64,000 nucleotides of DNA from Geosiphon pyriformis uo1. Its lineage: Eukaryota; Fungi; Glomeromycota. Shown here one piece after another: positions 55,051 through 64,000 of this stretch (position 1 is the first letter of the stretch; each line of letters begins with the position of its first letter). The DNA is taken from contig JAAOMT010000040.1 of NCBI GenBank assembly GCA_016748015.1, positions 620,001 to 684,000 on the forward strand, written 5' to 3'. The notes beneath the pieces are model-generated. The model did not search any database. It was not told the DNA's origin and saw only the letters and a list, made by a program, of their open reading frames with translations. A program made the position numbers and the translations under genes.

Positions 55051-56113
55051 CTCAGTTTAAAACTTCCCTTTTTGTAATTTTCTTATTAAAATTTGCTTTA
55101 AGGTTTGTTCAATATAAATTAGTAAAAAAATTATTTTTATTTTGACTTTTTTTTTCAATGTTATAAATAGCTATTTCCACTTCATAATAAGTGAAAGTTT
55201 CTTATGTTACAGTTTGAGTTAAATATGTAAAAAAAACTTTAATTTCTAATAGAAAAACAAAAAAATCTTTTTTTACTCTTAAACACAAAAGAATAAATGA
55301 AAATAATTATTAATTTTAAGATATTATTGAATGATTATACTTTCATATACAGACCAAATTTACATAAGAATAATAAGCATTCATTTTTATAAATAGAATA
55401 ATATTATAAAATTTACTAAAGCACTCTATTATATAAATGGTACATATTTTTTTACTAAACTGTGGAGTAAAACTTTATTTGTAAGAAATATATCTAACTA
55501 AATATGTAACCAATTATATTAGCATTGAAATTTTCTCGAATAAGAACTACCCTTAATAATTCAAAATAAGTTGAAAACTTGAAAGAAAAAATGGTTACCA
55601 AGTAACAAACTTTAAATAATTTTTTCAAACCCCTTATTTATAAAATCCAAATCAATAATTAATTTCTATTGAAAAGCTAAATATTTTCCAAAGATAACGA
55701 ATAATAATAGTTACCCTCCTTTTTCGGTATTTTCTTGTCTCATTTTCACCTCTCTCAAATATGGTTATTTGAATAGAAATGAGCTTTTTAGTAAAGATTT
55801 TCAAGAACAAAATGGTGCATTTCCTAATATATACAGGCTGTGAACGTTTAATTATGGAAATACCATTGTGTATGTTTTCTTTGTTAGCCTAATTAAAAAT
55901 TTTCGTCAGGTGGCCTTGGTTCTATGGTGATTTTTTTCATGAGAACTGTAACTAAAAATAGCTAAATTTAATTTATAGTTGTGTTTGAATTTTTGATTTT
56001 TCTGAAAATAAAAGATTTAAGAGATTTAAAATTATGGAAAACAGAAAAAACCAACCAAATAACCCCATTTAAAAAATCGATTGCAAAGAAAAATAAATAA
56101 AATTTTCTTGAAA

Positions 56114-59100
56114 ATGAGACAATTTTTCTCAGCTACTTATTTTAATAATTACCTCTTGATTATCTTCACATACCTAGGTTATTTTGTTTCAATTAGTAAG
56201 AGTTCTTCATTACCATTAATGAATCAAACGTTATATTTAATCGATTTGGAGGAATTTAATAAGACACTTGATATACCCATGATGCAGCAAGATAAAACAA
56301 TCATACTTCAATACTATGGAGATAATCATGTCTCATTCCTTAATTTTACACGAAACAACACAGTTTCTCTAAATGAAGATAAAAATTATGGAAACGACAG
56401 TGAAATATATAGGATTTATCCTCTTACCTCTAATTATCTTTTAGTTCAATATTTAGGTGAAAAGTTGGGCAAATTATTTTCATGGAATGGAACATTAATT
56501 CAAAGGTTTTTTTTAATAATATAAGATAAATCTGCTTAATTTTTAAAAAAAAAATTATATTGACAATGTATACTCTTTATCCAGTGATATAAATATAGTT
56601 GAAGGGATAATAAACCAATTTCAATGGTCTCTTTTAACAAGAAATATCCAAGAAGATAAAAATTTCCTTTGGATTAATGAATTATATAATACCACGGAAA
56701 TAGAATGGACTATTTTTAATGCACCGTAAGTTATCACACAGTATATATATATGGATTTCAATATAATAATCTCACATATTTAATTTTTCTTTAGAACTTT
56801 ACTCCAAGGAAAATATCGAACCAACACATGGTCCTAAAAAGCTTAAATTGAAAGAGAATTCGATGAGTTCTTCTTCAAGATCCTTTACCACAATTGATGG
56901 GGGCTTTGGATTAGCATATATTTTTGAATTTCATTCCAGTATAAACATGAAAAGTCATTCAATATATGTCACATTTTGGGAGCCAGAAACAGCTGATTTT
57001 GGTCCTCATTTTCTGCTTTATCAAAATGATGGAAATTATGACAGGATGGTGCTTACCGGATGTAGTGCTCAAATGAATGGTGCTGTGGGTTATTATTGTC
57101 AGCTACACGGATATGAAATTGAAAACGATCAACAAATCCAAATATCATTTCTTCGAAGTGGAGCAGTGATAAAATATGACATGATATATAATAAAAGGGT
57201 ATATGATAATAATATTACACTGCCTTATGGTGGATCATTAACTGGAACCCCTATAAAAGAAGACAACGTACTAGTTTTAAAACTATATGATCAAAATGGA
57301 GTCCAGAATGACTCATGGAATATTTCGAATTGGAATTGGGAAAGTGATCTTACGGAAGCTGGTTTTACTGTCTTACCAAACAATACTTTCTGGGCTGCTA
57401 CATTAGGAAAAGACAATGTTACAGTATACACTAAGAATCTACCATATTTCTCAATACAAGGTTAGTAAGATTGAATACAATGGAGAAATTGGTGATGTTT
57501 TTGGCATATTCTCATGGGTTGTTAATATTTTATTTATATAGACACTGGGTATGAAAATTTTTTTATCGAAACTACTTCCCCTTCTCGCGGTAGCCAGATT
57601 CAATTGGGTTTAAAACAAATAAACATTACTTATTTCAACAAGATCTCATTATCAAATAATAATATTTCTATTTATCAAATAAATGATACTGAACCAATTC
57701 TGAGGCAAAGTGTGCCTGCAAAGAATTGTCGTGTGGAACCGGATCATAAAACTATTACAGTGGATGTTTTTGAAAGTACATTTAATCAACCTGATCAAGA
57801 ATATTTTATTGTCATCGATAATAATTTTGTGAAAGATTCACAGTATAATGAAGCCATTATTGGAATACGTGGAAACATTTGGCGTTTTAAAACAAGTATT
57901 TGGTTTTTTTTTTTGGTTTTTTTCTCTGAAAAATTTATTTTAAAAAAGATTAATTATTCATTCCTTCCGTTAAATGCTTTTAGAGGCACAAAAAAGCGTT
58001 CACGCAGGTGAGAAGTTACATTGGTTTTTTTCTATTAAATTTCAAAATATCATTATCTAATTAAAATATATCATGGTTTTCGATGATTTTAAGCTACCCT
58101 AATTGGACTCTTGCGTCTGAATAGAGATGGAACTACAAATTTCACCAAATGTAAAAACGAACATGAATTTTTCAGAATGCTTCAAGATCAATTATCTTTT
58201 ACAATTCCAGTTGAAAGGAATCATATCAGAATTATTGACCATAAGACTGATAAATCAAAATCGGAATCAACAAACCAGGAAATATTACGACTTCAGATCT
58301 CTTCAACAAGTGATCGTAGAAATCCAACAGAAATCGCAAATGATCTCGATATAATGATCAAGAGTAAATGGTTTAATCCCATTAGCATTCATTCACATAC
58401 GTGTTTTTTAGATGAAACTTTTGGTTTCCAAGTTAAACGTGAATAAGCATAATTTAATTTTCAACATTGAATTTCTATCAACTTACACATCATCTAATAC
58501 TTTTTTCTTTAGATGATCCTTGGGAAGAAAACAAATTTAACTTAATTGGAATTGCTATTATCGTAATAATAATAATTGCTCTATATTTAATAGGAAAAAA
58601 GAAAAATCCAAAGGTATCGTATTTTTTTGCGACTCCATTTTAGCAATTTAGTTTTAAATTTTAATAATTGATAAATTTTATTCATTTAGGGTAATAGTTT
58701 TGCAATTGTTTCCGTTATATTGATTTTGGTCGATATTATATTAGATATCACATTCATTATGAAATATGGAAAAGATGTGGAATTTTTATATTTACCAAGG
58801 TAGTTAATTTTTAACTTTTTAATTTGTTGAGGAAAAAAAAAAGCAATTATAATTAATTATCATATTTTTTTTGATCAGTATTGCTTTTCTAGCTATACCT
58901 TTTCTTTTTAATAGTGGACTAGCAGCATATATCATAATCATAGAAATTATCACCAATGATGAATATGTTTTATGGTTTCGGCAATATTCAAAACTTGCTT
59001 CTTTATTTACTTTACTCTCTGCTGCTGATATCGACGCTCTAAATCTCTTATACTCAAAGTATGGCAACTTTGGTCTTTTTCATGCTCCAATTTCTAAAAG

Positions 59101-59426
59101 AGTAGAAGATGTAATCTTCTGGGGTAGTACCATCAATTTCTTTATTGAGGATATTCCACAATTTATAATTCAGGTTTGTTTACAAAGATGTGGACTTTTT
59201 AAAAAGTTTTATGTTTGATTGAATCAAATATCTTATTATTATTATTATCAATTAGGTGATTTACCATCAAAACACCTTCCCCTATGACATTATTCCTTTA
59301 ATGAGTCTTATTATGAGCTCAATAATCTTGACAATTAATTTAATTACTCGATTTTATTACATCTTGATTTGGTTCAATGTTCAAACCAGTTGTTCATCAG
59401 TTAAACGCCAGGAAACGAATGAATAA
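56114..59426 (+). CDS. Large multi-exon membrane protein with ectodomain + Ig-like + SEA-like modules and XK/Xkr-like EDIPQ membrane region; paralog 2
   Basis: Same exon structure as 21341-24717; TIDGGFG, STFNQPDQEYFIVIDNNFVKD, GLLRLN, LVDIILDITF, FIEDIPQFIIQVIY, IIPLMSLIMSS; TAA at 59424-59426. Confidence 0.9.
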
Positions 59427-60559
59427 ATGAATTAAATATAAAATGTCATGTGATTGTAAAATTAATATTATTTGGTTCTGTGAAATTATTATTAATAATA
59501 TTTAAATAAATAAGGTAATAATTTTTTAATATTTATAAAATATTATTCAAATTAATATTAAGATTAAAATGTGAAATATATAATATATTTTAAATCATTT
59601 TCATTCAAATATATAAAGATTTTAAAAATATGTAGAAAAATTCAATTTTTAAAATTTTTATTAAATTAGAAAATAATAATTTTTTTCTCAAGGTTAAGAT
59701 GAAAACTTTTTTTTTAATTATTTAATTACTGTCTTGTAACTTGATGAGTTTATGAAATTGTAAATCTCTTAATTATAGTGATAATATCATAGTTTCGATG
59801 TTGTTTTCAGAATTAATTATTCTTTTTTTTATTCTATAATGTTCTTTATTATCATGAATTGGTACAAGAATTTTTTATTTTAAGCTTTTTTTTTATGAAT
59901 TAGAAAGTTAATAAGTCCAATCTGAATTTTTAAATTGTGGGCTCCTATAATTTTTCGAGTGAAATATTTCTTAACTCTATTCTTATATTAAAAAGCTCAA
60001 TTTGACTTTATTTACCTTATTTAATGTTTTTAATTGAAAAATATTTTAATACAAATCCTATTTCCGTTTACTGAAAGACAAGAAATTTACAATTGATTTA
60101 AAATTCATAAAAAAAATTTAAATTATCAGATGTATTATGACTCTTAACGGTGTAAATCTTTTAAAACTCTTAATCTAACTTGTCAACCAAGACTTTACGC
60201 GAATTTTTCTCTTATTTATCTACCTTTTTACTTTTATAAACTAAATTTTCAAAAGCAAGAGACGATCAAGAAAAAGAAACAAGATGTTACTGGAAACTTT
60301 TTGATGAGATTGAATGAAGGCTTAATTAATGAAAAAATTTGACTAATCTATCTGAAATTTTTTCAATCGCGGGAACGATACGCTATGAATAGCATTTAAC
60401 ATGAGTCTAATTGCTTGTATAAGTAATATTGAGTTCTAAACATGATTTTTTGTAAAAAATAACAATGTATGAGACCATATCAAACTAACTCATTGCAGAA
60501 AGTTTTTTCGTATAAAGAATTAAATAGAATAATTAGAAATGAACGTTTGCAAACCATTC

Positions 60560-61290
60560 CGACTATACTTTCTCAATTTGATTTATGAATGTCAAACGAT
60601 CCTAACCCTATTTTACGCCGAATCCTTCGGATTTGTTTTCGATACTTTCCTCCTCATACAATATTATACATTACAAAAATAGCACTAAAACTAATTAAAA
60701 CTCCAATGACTACCAGGCTCATGGGAAAATTTTTTAATTTGTACAATTATTGATGAGATTACGTTTTGGGAGCCATTTGGGTTGGAATTTCAGAATTCAT
60801 TTTGGCTGCTATTATTGAAATTGCTATTTCCATTATTTATTTTTGATAAGTTGGAATTTCTAATAATTAACACTTTCCCCAAGAATTTTACTATTAATAT
60901 CGCTGTTATTATACCCGTTATTTTTAGATTTTTTGACGATTTGAAAACTTGGAATGATTATCACGAGAACGTAATTATTTCAAAAGTCTACTTCCAGTAT
61001 TTATATCTTTTTTTCCTAACTATTTTAATAAAATTTATATTTTTGCTATTAAACTTCTCTTCTTTCATGATTTTGCTTAATTTTTTCTCTTTTGATTTCC
61101 CATTTTTTGATGGTATCAAACCTTTCCACATTTTCCTATTTTAGCTAGTTAGATGTTGATGATAATCTTCTTAACACTATTCACATTTACAACCAAAATT
61201 TTGTTCTTTGGAAGAGGAGCATCAACAATTTAATACGTCAAAAAGAATTTAATAATCCAAACATTTTGATTTAAAGTCGTGGAAATAGGA
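60560..61290 (-). pseudogene. Possible decayed single-pass membrane protein gene (Asn/Lys-rich region + TM + basic tail)
   Basis: Minus-strand fragments NSNLSKINNGNSNFNNSSQNE and MSLVVIGVLISFSAIFVMYNIV*GGKYRKQIRRIRRKIG, with stops and frameshifts. Confidence 0.35.
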
Positions 61291-63151
61291 GTTGAATAAT
61301 TAGCACACTTTTTTTATATTTTCATCATCAGAAACATTGGTTAACAACTTTACTCAATAAATATATTGAATTGATTCAAAACATTTAAAATTTCATAAAA
61401 ATTTCATATATTCTTTATACAATTTTACCAAAATTTTTTTAGCTTTTGCTTGTAATGTATTTAATAAAAATATTACCTGATAATTAATAGATTTTTAAAA
61501 CCATCATATTATTTTGTTTATCTTGTTTAAATTGATTTTCTTATGTTTCAAATACTAAAAAACAAAATTTTCAAAGTTTACAATTGTTTTTTAAGCACAT
61601 CACTTGAATTAAAATGATGTGCTTAAAAATTATAATATAATTATACAATTTTTTTTAAATATATGAACTTTGGAAATTTTATTATTTCTTGCTATGATAA
61701 AATTTTCAAAAATAATTCTAATCATATAAAAATTTTAGTACTTTTATAATTTAACTTTGAAAAGAAAATATTTATTTTTATCAAATATTATTGTCCTTGT
61801 TAGTAATACTTTTATTATTCATTTTGAAAGAAATAATGCTAGTAAAAAATTCCCAAAGCAAATTAAATTGTCCTCGATTTTCACACTATAAATTTTGAAT
61901 ATGCTTTTCCATGATATTATGTTGATATATAGTGGTAAATGACTTTTTTCTGCTGAATGTATTCAAATATTTCTTAAAATCATTTTCACATTCAAATATA
62001 TGTTAATCTTTTTATAAGAAAATTTCAGTCAATAATTTTCATGTGAAATTGAATCCAGAACCCAGAAGCCTGAAATATTAAAATTTAACAAATGTCTCGT
62101 TTGCAGAGCTGATGAGGATTTCAGTAAATTATCATGTACTGTTTCTTGAAACGTTCCATTCAAATTCTTTCTAACAGTTTTTAATATTTTAATGTTATTC
62201 ATTTTCATTAAAGGTAAGAATTTTTTGAAAAAATTCCAGAATCTTTTTGATCTCTCGTTATTATTAAGATCTGTGTGTGTAAATTTAAAATTTAGAATTA
62301 AGGAATTTTTCAAAAACAGGTTTGTTACAAATACATTTAAAAAAATTCTTTTTCACTCCCTATATAGCTGTGTTGACACTTTAACTAAGAGAAATGGGAT
62401 CATTAATGTCAAAATGAGCTTTTTAATTGGGTAAAGATCTGCTAATGTAATGGAATTTTCTGCAATTATCAATGCACTATCTTTAAACCTCTTGATTAAA
62501 TTTAAAATCATTTGGAAGGCATCTATAGGAAAAATCTTTATGGAATCGGTTTATTTCGTTCAAAGAGCATATATCGGGTTTTTTCTTTCTCGCTTATCAT
62601 TTGACAAACAAGAAATGTAAGCGCGGTATATAGTATCTAATTCATCAGGAGAATTTAATTTAAAAGTACAAGCCAGAAACGTAATTTCAATCGTCAAGAT
62701 GCAAGAACATTTAGCTTAAAAATAAAAAACTGGTCTCTGAGCTAATCCATTCTTGATCTTCATAATAAACAAAAAGAACAATCTAAATGACAGACTTCGA
62801 TAGAGGGTGAGATTCATATTATTTATTTGGACCATTAATGAGCGGATAAGATTTTTTTAGTTAAAGCTTTGTACGATGATTCCAGGAAACGCTTCCATAT
62901 CCTTTTCCTATCAATTAATTTTTCAACTCAATATGAGCGATATGAAATGTCAAAGTATTAGTCTTTGAAAAGCAGGTATGAGTCTTTGGCTAAAATCTAA
63001 CCTCTCAGGGTTGATACAGAAATAAGAGTACTGTATATATATATATGTATATATATATATATAAAGGACGAATTGCACGAAATGATCTTTAATCAAAGAA
63101 TTCATCCTTTAATTCACTTGTTTTTGCTAAGCTGTTTGGCAAAATAACAGG

Positions 63152-63643
63152 ATGCTTAGAAAACCAAATTGCTTCTTTTTGATCGTCTTTACCGTAATCT
63201 TAACTTTCAATTACCTTGTCTTCTCCACTCCAGTTTCAACCTCTCGCTCGCTCTTTAAACGTGTGGGTACTGGTAATGGTAATGGTAACGGAAATATAGG
63301 CGACAATTATGGGGTCAATATGCAGGGAAATAATCTGGATAACTACAACAACAATCCATCTGGATTGCTTGCTGCACAAGCAAAGGGGTATTATATCCCA
63401 GCATCAAGCCCAACTACGGAGTATTATGTCCCAGCATCAAGCCCAGCTACGGAGTATTATGTCCAAGAATCAACTCCAACTACGATCGAAAGCTCAACTC
63501 CTTATCCAACTGTCACTATACTTCCGAATAAGCCAAAAAGCAAGGGTAAAAAGAAATCAACAAAGAAGGGCAAAAAGAAGCCAAAGAAGCCAAAGAAAAA
63601 AGTTAAAAGTACAAAGAAAACAGTGCAATATATATATTATTAA
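63152..63643 (+). CDS. Secreted protein with Kex2-like site, GN-rich segment, 3 x YY(V/I)PASSPTTE-like repeats and a Lys-rich basic tail (effector/cell-wall candidate)
   Basis: ATG ORF of 163 aa; signal peptide; LFKR; 33-bp repeats 63389-63484; KKPKKPKKK tail; (TA)n/TATAAA upstream. Confidence 0.85.
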   Translation: MLRKPNCFFLIVFTVILTFNYLVFSTPVSTSRSLFKRVGTGNGNGNGNIGDNYGVNMQGNNLDNYNNNPSGLLAAQAKGYYIPASSPTTEYYVPASSPATEYYVQESTPTTIESSTPYPTVTILPNKPKSKGKKKSTKKGKKKPKKPKKKVKSTKKTVQYIYY

Positions 63644-64000
63644 CTTTCTCATTTGATGTATTATTCATATATATATATATATATATGTAACATTTTTTAT
63701 AATTATAGAAATTTGAATTTTTTTTATCGACATTCCCTTGATTGAAAGGGCTGAAGTTGGGTTTACATTTCAATCTATTTAGAAAAAAAACCAGTCTCTT
63801 CTAGCTTAATTCAAATCTTTGTAAAGAATAAATTTCGAAAATAAAATTTTGACTTTGGTTTTAAAATTATTTTATAAAAGAATAAAACAAGTGCATATTT
63901 TTTGTTTATTACTTGTTTGTAATCCAAACAAGTTTGACAACTTTTTAGCGAATTAGGCTAAAGCACTCGATCTTTGTATAATCATACAACACTGCTCAAC

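Noticed and set aside
60782-62434. Phe/Ile/Lys-rich ORFs 60782-61144, 62029-62313, 62192-62434
   Set aside because: Low-complexity or antisense frames without motifs; the first is antisense to a probable decayed gene
63309-63656. 115-aa alternate-frame ORF
   Set aside because: Frame shadow of the repeat-containing secreted gene

Overview
Eukaryotic, very AT-rich, intron-rich fungal DNA. The gene families seen here point to Glomeromycotina (arbuscular-mycorrhizal lineage, possibly Geosiphon/Ambispora-like); this is an inference from kelch-TM proteins, Sel1-like/TKL kinases, class-3 lipase-like genes and an F-box/RNI protein. Exon structures were reconstructed by hand from GT-AG sites. Genes: a secreted Cys-rich PKEPE/PSPEPS-repeat protein; a convergent kelch pair (one pseudogene, one with a frameshift that detaches its TM tail); two intact paralogous large membrane proteins (ectodomain + Ig-like + SEA-like + an XK/Xkr-like 'EDIPQ' membrane module) plus an orphan 3' fragment of a third copy; two Lipase_3-fold genes that both carry Gly in place of the catalytic Ser, plus a third lipase relic; a MIF/tautomerase; a small GPI-type Ser/Thr-rich protein; an F-box/LRR gene; and a secreted Tyr-repeat, Lys-tailed protein. 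Also present: two decayed Sel1-repeat/kinase copies, a hAT element with TIRs and an 8-bp TSD, a Tc1/mariner relic, a probable LINE 3' end, and long GC-eroded tracts showing a strong C>T/G>A bias. Best leads for something new: (1) the ectodomain-fused XK-like 'half-scramblase' receptor family, which twice lies tail-to-tail with a Sel1-kinase gene; (2) the nucleophile-less GHG pseudo-lipase family; (3) a RIP-like C>T erosion of repeats that is not limited to CpG.
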